Shown here: positions 37,985 through 47,871 of the stretch, in pieces
Layout: each line of letters begins with the position of its first letter
How positions within the stretch are numbered: position 1 is the first letter of the stretch
Assembly: GCA_013360215.1 (NCBI GenBank)
Contig: JABWCP010000003.1
Location: forward strand, 1 to 64,000
Origin: a bacterium
Lineage (GTDB): Bacteria; CLD3; SB21
Direction of reading: 5' to 3'
Length of the DNA stretch: 64,000 nucleotides
Notes under the pieces: generated by a model
Told to the model about the DNA's origin: nothing
Databases searched by the model: none
The model's input: the letters and a program-made list of their open reading frames with translations, nothing else
Program-made: the position numbers and the translations under genes

Positions 37985-39847
37985 TCAATTGCAGCTTTGG
38001 TAGTACGTAAAGTGATGCTCGATATAGGGCGTACCATACGCTCCTCCGCCCGCATAGTCTTCTCTGTAATACGCCGGGACAAAACGGCAACGACCTTGGG
38101 AATCTCTGAATAGTACACCGACTCTTTTATAGCGGTACAGCGGTATTCCCAGATTATTTTTTTCGATAACCTGATTACCGATGACACCGATTTTCAAAAT
38201 AGCAGCGCCGCTATAAGTTTTTTGGACATACGCTTTAGCCGAGGCCTCCGCTGCCGCATCATGTAATGTCGGATTAAATTGCGACGATACGAGCGACGAT
38301 GGGAATTTGCTCTTCACATCGGCGGATAATTTTTTTAGGAATTCCCGAAACGCGGTGATCTCATTTTGACCGAGATTAGCTTCCTGCGCCGCTTTGATGA
38401 CATCGGCTATTTTTTCTTCTTCTTTTTTCATAAAATCGGCGCCGTTATTATCCAAAATATCCTGAAGGCTTGATGTAACACCGATTCCTTTACCCGCTTC
38501 AAATTCACCGATTTCATGGTTTTTCAGAAATTCATAATTAGTCAAAATTCGGGTCGCCTCACTGATCTTATCTTTGATCATATCTGTCACGACACTCTGA
38601 GCCAATTCATTGCGCTCTTCGGCGATCACGCGCCAATGTCCGGGATTTTTGGACAGTTCCGTGGTCCATGTTTGTTCGGTATTCTGAATATTGGGATATT
38701 TACGTTTGATGAGCGCATCCAGTTCGTTCATTTGTTTGAGCATCGGTCCGACGTCGGAGGGACGCGGTGAAGTCAAACCCTGATTGTATAACACAAACTG
38801 CGTGTCATGTTTTTTATTGTAAAGGTAACCGAATATCCTTATCGCTTCGGAATATTTGTTACAATCTTGAAAAAACTGTTCTTCCATGGCTTTGGATGCC
38901 GCGATAGCCGCGGTACGCGCATCATTTCTTATTTCTTTTGCATCAAAATCAAACCACTTGGCGCCATATCCGCCGTAGTTGATGAGTAATTTGTTATCTT
39001 TGATGTCCACGATCGGCGCGTCCAACGAATCTCTGCCGCTGTACCATATACGAATATATTGACCCGTTTTATAATTGGACCCGCTGAAATTATACACCGG
39101 TATGACGCGAAGTTTGTTTTCTGTAAATTCTTTAGAACCTCCGTTATCAAAGGCAACCGTAAACATTTTATTTCCACTGTTGGTGGTGCGAATACTTTGA
39201 ACGGTTCCTTTATTCCATTGGCCAAAATCCACGGCTTCGATGACGTCGCCAACCTTAAATCCGACGGGCTCGCTGGATGCACCGGAGCCTTTCGCCCGCA
39301 CATTGGATTCCTTCACCCAAAATCCGCTATAATTTTCGATTTTTACGAAATACTCGTTCGGTTGACCTTCATTTACTTTTTGAATTTCCGCTTCATACCA
39401 CTTTCCGTCACGGTCGAGCACTTCCGCATATTCACCTACTTTGAATCCTCCGTCTCCGGTACCGTACACCTTGGTTTTACTTCCCGAAGCGGTAGAAGCC
39501 GCGGACATACTCGCGTTAGCGGAGGCACTTCCGGAAGAACCGATCGCCCTCACTTTACCTGCTTCAATCCAGCGATCATAAGTTGACTTATAGCCTTGCC
39601 AGTGAATAAAATATTTATCGGCTTCAACTTTAAGAATATCCACTTTATACCATTTACCATCCGTTTCTAGACCTTCGGCTACATCGCCCACTTTGAACGC
39701 GCCGGATGATGTCGTTTCAGTTTTGTTTTCCTTCTTTTCGTCTTTTTTTTCTTTGACTGAACCGGTTTTGAGTTTGACTTTTTGCGCTTGCACTGCGGGT
39801 AAACACAGAACAAAACAACACCATAAGAGCACGCTTCGAATTGTCAT
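37985..39847 (-). CDS. Secreted protein with about four tandem Tudor/chromo-barrel (SH3-fold) domains and a helical C-terminal region
   Basis: Signal peptide; repeats FKVGD..E...GKWY...I.....YFIHW.GY...DRWI. Confidence 0.75.
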   Translation of the reverse strand: MTIRSVLLWCCFVLCLPAVQAQKVKLKTGSVKEKKDEKKENKTETTSSGAFKVGDVAEGLETDGKWYKVDILKVEADKYFIHWQGYKSTYDRWIEAGKVRAIGSSGSASANASMSAASTASGSKTKVYGTGDGGFKVGEYAEVLDRDGKWYEAEIQKVNEGQPNEYFVKIENYSGFWVKESNVRAKGSGASSEPVGFKVGDVIEAVDFGQWNKGTVQSIRTTNSGNKMFTVAFDNGGSKEFTENKLRVIPVYNFSGSNYKTGQYIRIWYSGRDSLDAPIVDIKDNKLLINYGGYGAKWFDFDAKEIRNDARTAAIAASKAMEEQFFQDCNKYSEAIRIFGYLYNKKHDTQFVLYNQGLTSPRPSDVGPMLKQMNELDALIKRKYPNIQNTEQTWTTELSKNPGHWRVIAEERNELAQSVVTDMIKDKISEATRILTNYEFLKNHEIGEFEAGKGIGVTSSLQDILDNNGADFMKKEEEKIADVIKAAQEANLGQNEITAFREFLKKLSADVKSKFPSSLVSSQFNPTLHDAAAEASAKAYVQKTYSGAAILKIGVIGNQVIEKNNLGIPLYRYKRVGVLFRDSQGRCRFVPAYYREDYAGGGAYGTPYIEHHFTYYQSCN

Positions 39848-39993
39848 ACGACCTCCTTCACGAAATGAGAACCATTAAGATTATTCTTGAAGACATGAGA
39901 ACTTGCGTGCTGTAAGATACAGCCAAGTATTGGAGGGCACAACCCCATGAGTATGGGGTTGGGTTCATACAGAAAAAAACGACGTAGGCTTGG

Positions 39994-40464
39994 TTAGTTA
40001 TCCTGCGGGGCGGGTTTGCGTAGCTTGGCAAAAAAATCTTTAAGTATGGCCGAACATTTCGCATCCATAACACCGCGAAGGATTTCGATCCTGTGATTGA
40101 GGCGTTCATCCTGCACAATATTGTGCAGTGAACCGCAGGCACCGGTTTTGGGATCACCCGCTCCAAAAACAAGCTGACTCATTCGCGACAGGACCAGCGC
40201 ACCGGCACACATGGAGCACGGTTCGAGCGTGACGTACATCGTAGCGCCGTACAACCATTTGGAACCGATCGTAGCCACGGCCGACGTCATCGCGATCATC
40301 TCCGCATGCGCCGTCGGATCCTGAAGCATCTCCACCTGATTGTGACCGCGCCCGATAATGCGGTTTTCCAAGACAATTACGGCGCCGACCGGGATTTCAT
40401 TTTTGGCGTACGCTTTTTCCGCTTCTTTAAACGCCATCGCCATCCATGTTTCGTGCGTATCCAA
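39994..40464 (-). CDS. tadA: tRNA adenosine(34) deaminase
   Basis: EIPVGA, HAE, TLEPCSMC, DPKTGA. Confidence 0.93.
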   Translation of the reverse strand: MDTHETWMAMAFKEAEKAYAKNEIPVGAVIVLENRIIGRGHNQVEMLQDPTAHAEMIAMTSAVATIGSKWLYGATMYVTLEPCSMCAGALVLSRMSQLVFGAGDPKTGACGSLHNIVQDERLNHRIEILRGVMDAKCSAILKDFFAKLRKPAPQDN

Positions 40465-40612
40465 AACGTTTTCCTTTCGTTAAAATAATTACGCATAACT
40501 AAAGATTTTACTTTTGAAAAACAAGTTTCTTCGCTACTTTTGATTCCGACCGAATTACAATTTTAACGCGCACCCCGACGATCCGACTCCCGCGCTCAGA
40601 TGGAGATATGGC

Positions 40613-42754
40613 ATGACGGAGCAAGTCCGTAACCGGTTATTTATGGCGTTTGTCGCGCTGTTTCCTATTCCATTCATCGTATGGTGTTTTTTCCTCATGC
40701 GCTCCATGACGGAAAATCAGACGCAGATCCAATCGCATACCGATAAAATCGCCCGTATATATAAACTGCAACAAGCCGTGTACGGTCTTGAAGAAGTTAT
40801 TTCCGATCAATTTTTAGCGGCCACCGACACGAGTTTTGATGACTGGAACCGTATCTATCAAAAAGCCTGGCAAGCCTCGCTCGGCGTAGATTGGACGGAT
40901 GCGTCGGTATTTGATATGCGCAATGCATTGCCCCGTATCGACAATCTCTACCAGCGTATTCATAAACGAAAATTCAAACGCGCTACGATCATTCCCGATA
41001 GCATCCGGGTAGAAAACCTCACCGGCGAAATGATTGACGAAATTCATCGTGCCGCCGAATCGCTCGGTATCTCTGCTGAAAAGCTCCGCACGCGCAGTAT
41101 CCGTTATCAGGAATCCCTTAGTCAGGACTGGCACACGGCGATCAAATTTCTCATCATCGCCAGCGCGATCACGATTCTGATCAGCGTTATCGCCGTTTTT
41201 TACCGTTACAGTCTGCAACGCAATAAAAAACTCGCGTTACTTTTGTACCGGCTCAATGAAAATGTATCCGGCATTTTAGGCAATACGCCGGATGGGGTTT
41301 GTACAGTCGATGAGCATTTCAAAGTGCTGCTGATCAACGAGCCGTTTAAACGGCTGTTTCATCTCCGCCATCAGATCGAACTGCATCCCGGTTCCAATAT
41401 GATCGATCATCTGAAGCCAGATGCCCAGGCGGCGTGGGTGATCGTACTTACGCGTGCGATGCGCGGCGAAAAATTTATGATCGAACAGCAGTTCCAATTA
41501 CCTGACCGGCTTGTGCTCGCCGAAGTGTCATTTAACCCGGTTTTGGTCAATAACAAAGTCAATGGTACGGCCATCCATATCCACGAAGTCACCAAACAAA
41601 AACGTTCGCAAGAAACGGCCGATCGAAAAAACAAAGAACTTCAGGACACGATCGAACGTCAGTTTCGTATGATCGAAACCATCGTACAAACGGCGCACGA
41701 CGGTGCGATGATCGTGGACGCGTCGGGTCAGTTTCCTTTTCAAAACGATGTGGCGCGCGATATCATGACAACGGCCGGGACCCCAACATCGCTGAGCCTG
41801 TGGTCGGGCATTCACGGCGTATTTCTGGACGGCAGCGAACAACCCATCGACAGCCAAAAACTGCTCGAACGCGCCCGCTCCGGTGAAGTTTTTACCATAC
41901 TCGTACGCAACGAACGTTATACGGAAGGACAAAAATTTGAAGTGTCGGCGTCGTCGTTAACCGAAGGCGACGATCAATCACGTATCATTGCCTTCAAAGC
42001 GCCGCCGGAAATCATCCCTGTGATGCAGGAAGTGCCCGTTCCTGAAATCGCACTCAAGGGTGCACTGGAAGAAATCCCGCAGTGGGCTTTTACGATCAAC
42101 CGGGAAATGGCCATTCAATCCGTGAATACCGCTTTTGAAAAACGTTTTAATAAACCGCGCTACACGACGATCGGTTATGATATCCGTCAGCTTATTCACC
42201 CCGATGATCAACCGGCCTTTGAAAGCCGTATACAAGAGGCTTTACCGGAACATCCCGTGCATACCGCCTTTCGTTTCCTTATTGACGGACAAGCCACCCA
42301 CATGGAGACGCGCATCATCGGCGGAGCACTGACGATTTTATGCGTTGGTTATTCCATCGAAGATATGCTTTTGGCCGAAGCGGCCGAAGAAATGCGCTCT
42401 GCGCCGCAACCGCTCTTTACCTTTGACTGCGACGCGTATGGTGTCATCACGCAGATCGAAGGGGATCGCACACTGATGCTGCCTTCGTACCGCAGCGAAT
42501 GGCAAGGCCAAAGTATGTTCAAACTATTCGAACAAGATCTTCCCATGCAGGAAGCCTTTTATCGCGCACTTGACGGACAACCGATACAACGAAACGCTGC
42601 GTATGGGCAACAAGAAGTGACTATCGTTTATCAGCCCGTCTTTGACGGCGTAGGTATCATCGCAGGTCTCAAAATTCAGATCTTCGATGCGGCGGCACTT
42701 CTTGCATTTCAGGAAAAAATCAAGACACGTCTCTCCGAAAAAGCTTCCATATAA
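40613..42754 (+). CDS. Membrane-anchored multi-PAS sensor protein with no recognisable output domain
   Basis: Two TMs flanking an extracytoplasmic domain, then several PAS-like units (NTPDG, IHPDD); no H-box or GGDEF seen. Confidence 0.7.
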   Translation: MTEQVRNRLFMAFVALFPIPFIVWCFFLMRSMTENQTQIQSHTDKIARIYKLQQAVYGLEEVISDQFLAATDTSFDDWNRIYQKAWQASLGVDWTDASVFDMRNALPRIDNLYQRIHKRKFKRATIIPDSIRVENLTGEMIDEIHRAAESLGISAEKLRTRSIRYQESLSQDWHTAIKFLIIASAITILISVIAVFYRYSLQRNKKLALLLYRLNENVSGILGNTPDGVCTVDEHFKVLLINEPFKRLFHLRHQIELHPGSNMIDHLKPDAQAAWVIVLTRAMRGEKFMIEQQFQLPDRLVLAEVSFNPVLVNNKVNGTAIHIHEVTKQKRSQETADRKNKELQDTIERQFRMIETIVQTAHDGAMIVDASGQFPFQNDVARDIMTTAGTPTSLSLWSGIHGVFLDGSEQPIDSQKLLERARSGEVFTILVRNERYTEGQKFEVSASSLTEGDDQSRIIAFKAPPEIIPVMQEVPVPEIALKGALEEIPQWAFTINREMAIQSVNTAFEKRFNKPRYTTIGYDIRQLIHPDDQPAFESRIQEALPEHPVHTAFRFLIDGQATHMETRIIGGALTILCVGYSIEDMLLAEAAEEMRSAPQPLFTFDCDAYGVITQIEGDRTLMLPSYRSEWQGQSMFKLFEQDLPMQEAFYRALDGQPIQRNAAYGQQEVTIVYQPVFDGVGIIAGLKIQIFDAAALLAFQEKIKTRLSEKASI

Positions 42755-42882
42755 TTTCATCATTTTACCCTTTTTGATCAGGTTTTCAATATACCCTGCT
42801 TAGGGTATTGTGTATGCGCTGCCCTGCTGCCTAATATCATACCGTAGTGGTCAGGTTTTCACTATGTTAAAATCGTATGTAA

Positions 42883-44058
42883 ATGTTATCAGCAGAGGTG
42901 TCTATGGAATCAATAGGCGTCAATAGCAACGTATATGCAGGCGGAAAAGTTTTTCATATACAAACAGCCGGTAATTTATCCTCCCTTTTGGTCAAAGCGG
43001 AAATTTTTGATTCCGGCCGTATCGTCACCGTTCATCAAAAAAAACTCGATCCGGAACAGTATAAATATTTAGATACCGATCGCTTTCGCGATGTCGTAGC
43101 GGCATTTCATCAGGATATCGCGTGGGAAATCGAGTTGCTTTTTTTTATCCGCGACCGCATCAAAACCATCAAACACGCCGTCTCCAGCAATAAGATCGGC
43201 TTGCTTTTTTTGCACAAAGGTTTGGTGGATGAGGCCATTGCCGAGTTTGAAAATGCCATAACCATCAATCCGCAAATGGTCGAGTCGTATCGTAATCTGG
43301 GTTTAGCGTTTGTAGAAAAAAAAGAAACGCAAAAAGCCATCGAGGTCTTACACAAAGCGATCGCGCTGGAACCGCGCTACGCGGATTTGCATAATAGTCT
43401 CGGCCTCGCTTATGCGCTCAATGGCGAATTGGATACGGCGCTCCAGACCTACGAAACCGCATTGGAGATCAACCCTAATTATCTTGAAGTGCATCTCAAT
43501 ATCGGCATGGTGATTCTGCGCATGCACGCCGAACGGTTTCAAAGCGCCGTTTTTGCGCCGTCTTCCATCAAACCGACGCGCGTGATCAATGAACTTCAAA
43601 AACTGATGAACGCCCGCACGGAATTTATCAATTATCGTTTCTTCAGTTTTCGCTTTGAAAAAGCCATTCGCCAGATACAGGACAATGATTTTTCGGCGGC
43701 GATACAAACTTTGAAAGATATTCGCGAAGCCACACAAACGCCGAATCTCGACGAAACCATGCACGGTTTTTATCTCAAATTTTTGTTTGGCGGTGCCGGC
43801 AAAGACGAAAAAGTGCTGGGCGAATACCGTGCGCGGCTTGAAAAAAGCGTCGAAGAACATCCGCACTTTGCCGATTTGCATAATTCGCTCGGCGTGGTTT
43901 ATTTGATCCAGTGCCGCAACCTTTTTATTAAGGCCATGAGTGCTTTCAAAAAAGCTTACGAAATCAATCCGTCCTATAAAAGCGCGTACAAAAACTTCCG
44001 GTTGGTACAAAACGACGGACGGGAATTCCTCAATCTCTTGCGGGCCATACTCAAGTAA
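42883..44058 (+). CDS. TPR repeat protein
   Basis: Multiple YADLHNSLG/ALEINP TPR motifs. Confidence 0.85.
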   Translation: MLSAEVSMESIGVNSNVYAGGKVFHIQTAGNLSSLLVKAEIFDSGRIVTVHQKKLDPEQYKYLDTDRFRDVVAAFHQDIAWEIELLFFIRDRIKTIKHAVSSNKIGLLFLHKGLVDEAIAEFENAITINPQMVESYRNLGLAFVEKKETQKAIEVLHKAIALEPRYADLHNSLGLAYALNGELDTALQTYETALEINPNYLEVHLNIGMVILRMHAERFQSAVFAPSSIKPTRVINELQKLMNARTEFINYRFFSFRFEKAIRQIQDNDFSAAIQTLKDIREATQTPNLDETMHGFYLKFLFGGAGKDEKVLGEYRARLEKSVEEHPHFADLHNSLGVVYLIQCRNLFIKAMSAFKKAYEINPSYKSAYKNFRLVQNDGREFLNLLRAILK

Positions 44059-44179
44059 GTATCGCGCTGTGGCTTTACAACGGTATTTCGGAGGTAGTTT
44101 TATATTGCCTAAGTACGCCCTTTGCGTGTATATTGACCGGCGATACAATGGTTCCAATTAATCGTTTAAACACCGTCTA

Positions 44180-47100
44180 ATGAAAATTCTGATTTTGGAT
44201 GCCGTGGCGTCGGACGCCGATGCCTTGGAAAAACGTCTGCGCCGTCGTTCGATCACGGTCAAAGTGCGTCGTGCGCACATCAAAGCGGTGTTCCTTCGCG
44301 AATTGCGTGAATTTCAGCCCGACATTATTTTAGCCGATTACACACTCCCCGATCTCAACGGTATTGACGCTCTTACGCTGGCCGGCGATTTAGCGCCTAA
44401 AGCTCCTTTTATTTTTGTCACGGCGCACAATGGTGAAGCCGTGGCCGTTCGCTGTATGAAGTCCGGCGCTTTTGACTATGTGCTCAAAGATAAAATCGAA
44501 GACCTCGATCACGTTCTGGAGCGGGCCGAAACTTTCATCCAAAATAACGCCGTTCCTATCACAGCACATTTTGAAATGGCGCCGGAGCAGTTTCGTCGCA
44601 TCGCCGAAAGTACACGGGATCTGATCACGGTGATAGACATCGAAGGACGACGCATCTACACGAGTCCATCGTATGGCGATTATCTGGACACACATCAGGT
44701 GGAGCAAGGCTCATCTTTTTTTGATGAAATCGTGGCGGAAGATTTGCCGAAGGTCAAACAAACTTTTTATGAAGTGATTCATACCGGCAACGCCATGGTC
44801 GTCGAACATCGTATCATGGCTAAAGACCGGAAACTGATGTTTGTCGAAGCACAATGGAATCCGATCTTTGATAATTCCGAAAAACCCGTGCACATACAAA
44901 TCGCTTCGCGCATTATCACACGCCGCAAACGCGCCGAAGACGCCTTACGCGAGCATGTGCGCCAATACCGCGCCATGGTCGAACACATCGCCGACGCGAT
45001 ATCTCTGATCAATCCCTATGGTATCGTACTTTTCACCAGCCGTTCCACGCACCGTGTCACGGGCTATAACATCAGCGAATTTGTCAGTCAGAATTTTTTT
45101 GACTTCATTCATCCGCAGGATCGCGCCGAGGCGTTAGAGTATTTTCAGCAAGTCCAGGCCAAAGAAGGCATGGCGCCTTATACCGAAATGCGCATTCGCC
45201 ACAAAGACGGAAACTACATTTGGATCGAAGGGCTTGCAAAAAACATGCTGCACGACCCCAATGTCAATGCGATCGTTTTTAATTACCGTGATATCACCGA
45301 ATGGCTGCGTTCCGAAGCGGCGTTGCGCGAAAAAGACGAATTATTCCGCGCCTTGATCGAAAATAATTCCGATGCGATCACGCTGATCGACGCTGAAGGA
45401 CAAATCAAGTTCAGCGTGCACTCCGTTTTAGGATACGACGATGCCGAAGCGGTCGGGCAAAATATTTTTGATTCCATCCATCCCGAAGATCAAGACCACA
45501 TCGCCGAAGTATTTGAACAATTGATCGAGGCACCCGGCACTTCGCTAATCGCCGAATACCGTGCCATGCACAAAGATGGTTCCTGGCGATGGAATGAATG
45601 TACCGCAAAAAATCTTTTGAAAGAACCGCACGTACGTGCGATCGTCATGAACGCCCGCGATGTGACCGATCGTAAACTGACGGAACGCGCACTCTCCGAA
45701 GAGAAAGAACGACTTTTGGTAACGTTGCAAGCGCTCGGTGACGGCGTGATCACCACGAACACGGAAGGGCGTATTATGCTAATGAATCCCAGCGCGGAAC
45801 GTATTTTGGGAACTTCACTTTCGACCACACGCGGTCAAACGGTCAAATCCGTTTTTCCTCTTCTATCTGAAACCGCAGATAACAAAGCAGTGCATCCGGT
45901 GGATGTCGTTTTGAACGAGCAGCAAGCCTTCGTCTCGTCCGAATTTACCTATAAAGTTGCCGGCGATCAGTCACCGCGTTCTATTTTAGCCGGCGCTTCA
46001 CCGATCCGCGATATGAGCGGTGCGATGCAGGGTGTCGTGATGGTTTTTTCCGATATCACCGACCGCATCAAAATGGAACAGGAACTGTTGAAGTCCCGCA
46101 AAATCGAATCAATCGGCGTGCTGGCCGGCGGTATTGCGCACGATTTCAATAATATTCTTTCGGCCATTATGGGAAATATTTCTTTGGCTAAAGTTAAGAT
46201 CGCGGCCGCACAAAAAGATAAGGCTCAGGAACTTTTGAGCCGCGCCGAACGTGCATCCGAGCGCGCGAAAGAACTGACGCAACAACTTCTCACATTTTCC
46301 AAAGGCGGCGCGCCGGTCAAAAAAACCGCCAATATCGCCGATCTGTTACGGGAATCCGCGCAATTTTCGTCGGCCGGTTCCAATGTCCGTTGCGAATTTT
46401 TCATTCAGGATAATCTGTATCCTTCCGATGTGGATGCCGGTCAGATCAGCCAAGTGCTCAATAACTTGATCATCAATGCGCGTCAAGCCATGCCCAATGG
46501 CGGCATTATCCGTATTCTTGCACAAAACCATGCCATCCAGTCTCACCATGAAGGTATGCAACTCAAGCCCGGCTCTTACCTCAAAATCGCTATCGAAGAC
46601 AACGGCTGCGGAATTTCCGAAGAACATTTGCAACGCATATTTGATCCCTATTTTACCACCAAACAAACCGGCAACGGTTTGGGTCTTGCGACGTCGTACT
46701 CGATCATCAAAAATCACGACGGTGCGATCACGGTGGACTCCAAAGTCAACGTGGGTACGACGTTTACGCTATATCTCCCGGCATCCAAGTTTGCCGTTCA
46801 GCAGCCACGCCCGCAGGAGCCGCAGGCGCTTTTATCCAATGGCCGCATTTTGGTCATGGACGACGAAGAGTCTATTCGTGAAATGGCTTCCAATATGCTC
46901 AACCACTTGGGATTTGATGCGGTCTCCGCCAAATCGGGCGAAGAAGCCGTCGCGTTGTATGAAGATGCACGCGCACGCAATAAGACTTTTGACGCGGTTA
47001 TTATGGATCTCACAATTCCAGGAGGGTTAGGTGGTAAAGATGCGATGGCGCGGATTTTGTCCATCGATCCGGCTGTCTGTGGCATTGTTTCCAGCGGCTA

Positions 47101-47221
47101 TTCCAATGATCCTGTCATGGCTGATCATACACGCTACGGTTTCCAAGGCATTCTGCCCAAACCCTATTTCATCAACGATCTATCCCGCGTGCTCAATCAA
47201 CTTCTCAAACCGAAGGCCTGA
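44180..47221 (+). CDS. Hybrid histidine kinase (REC-PAS x4-HisKA-HATPase-REC)
   Basis: AHDFNN H-box, NARQAM, DNGCG, FTTK, GLGL; REC domains at both ends. Confidence 0.93.
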   Translation: MKILILDAVASDADALEKRLRRRSITVKVRRAHIKAVFLRELREFQPDIILADYTLPDLNGIDALTLAGDLAPKAPFIFVTAHNGEAVAVRCMKSGAFDYVLKDKIEDLDHVLERAETFIQNNAVPITAHFEMAPEQFRRIAESTRDLITVIDIEGRRIYTSPSYGDYLDTHQVEQGSSFFDEIVAEDLPKVKQTFYEVIHTGNAMVVEHRIMAKDRKLMFVEAQWNPIFDNSEKPVHIQIASRIITRRKRAEDALREHVRQYRAMVEHIADAISLINPYGIVLFTSRSTHRVTGYNISEFVSQNFFDFIHPQDRAEALEYFQQVQAKEGMAPYTEMRIRHKDGNYIWIEGLAKNMLHDPNVNAIVFNYRDITEWLRSEAALREKDELFRALIENNSDAITLIDAEGQIKFSVHSVLGYDDAEAVGQNIFDSIHPEDQDHIAEVFEQLIEAPGTSLIAEYRAMHKDGSWRWNECTAKNLLKEPHVRAIVMNARDVTDRKLTERALSEEKERLLVTLQALGDGVITTNTEGRIMLMNPSAERILGTSLSTTRGQTVKSVFPLLSETADNKAVHPVDVVLNEQQAFVSSEFTYKVAGDQSPRSILAGASPIRDMSGAMQGVVMVFSDITDRIKMEQELLKSRKIESIGVLAGGIAHDFNNILSAIMGNISLAKVKIAAAQKDKAQELLSRAERASERAKELTQQLLTFSKGGAPVKKTANIADLLRESAQFSSAGSNVRCEFFIQDNLYPSDVDAGQISQVLNNLIINARQAMPNGGIIRILAQNHAIQSHHEGMQLKPGSYLKIAIEDNGCGISEEHLQRIFDPYFTTKQTGNGLGLATSYSIIKNHDGAITVDSKVNVGTTFTLYLPASKFAVQQPRPQEPQALLSNGRILVMDDEESIREMASNMLNHLGFDAVSAKSGEEAVALYEDARARNKTFDAVIMDLTIPGGLGGKDAMARILSIDPAVCGIVSSGYSNDPVMADHTRYGFQGILPKPYFINDLSRVLNQLLKPKA

Positions 47222-47316
47222 AATTAAAGACCGGGTAAAACGGCTAAAGCGAATTTAAGATGCGTTCACTATTTTCTGACCGACATCTACGTAGTCACTT
47301 CAAATCAATTTCAAAA

Positions 47317-47871
47317 TCATTGCGAAATCCTGCGGCATCCCAAATAATGCTTCTCATAGTACGACTCATCCAGCGATGAAATCGTTACGCCGACCGTCGT
47401 ACTAGCGTGAGCGATTTGGTTATTTCCGACATAGATACCTACATGCGAAGCGCCGACGGCACCTTTATAGGTATTTTGAAAAAAAACCAAGTCGCCAAAT
47501 CGTAATTCATTGCGTGTGATCGGTGTTCCTTTGGCATACATGTCCGCAGCTTGCCGCGGCAATTCGATCTGACGAACTTTTCTGAAAACCGCGCCGACAA
47601 ATCCTGAACAATCCGTACCCTCTGATTTTTTTTCCATACCAAAACGATAAGGCGTACCTATCCAAGTTTTGATCTCTGCCATCATCGCTTCTTCGATGTT
47701 TGCCGGTTCCTTCTTTGCACCGGTCGCGGATGAGTCACTTACCGATGCGGTCGGCATATGCGTTTCAGACGCTTTCACCGACGTCTTTTGCCCATCGGCT
47801 TTCACGGCACGATAGATCGGTTGAGGCGTGCAACCGACAAACACCAGCATAACAATCAAAATGCGTGTCAT
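47317..47871 (-). CDS. NlpC/P60 lipoprotein peptidase
   Basis: Lipobox FVGC; GTPYRFG, DCSGF, HVGIY, HAS. Confidence 0.92.
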   Translation of the reverse strand: MTRILIVMLVFVGCTPQPIYRAVKADGQKTSVKASETHMPTASVSDSSATGAKKEPANIEEAMMAEIKTWIGTPYRFGMEKKSEGTDCSGFVGAVFRKVRQIELPRQAADMYAKGTPITRNELRFGDLVFFQNTYKGAVGASHVGIYVGNNQIAHASTTVGVTISSLDESYYEKHYLGCRRISQ

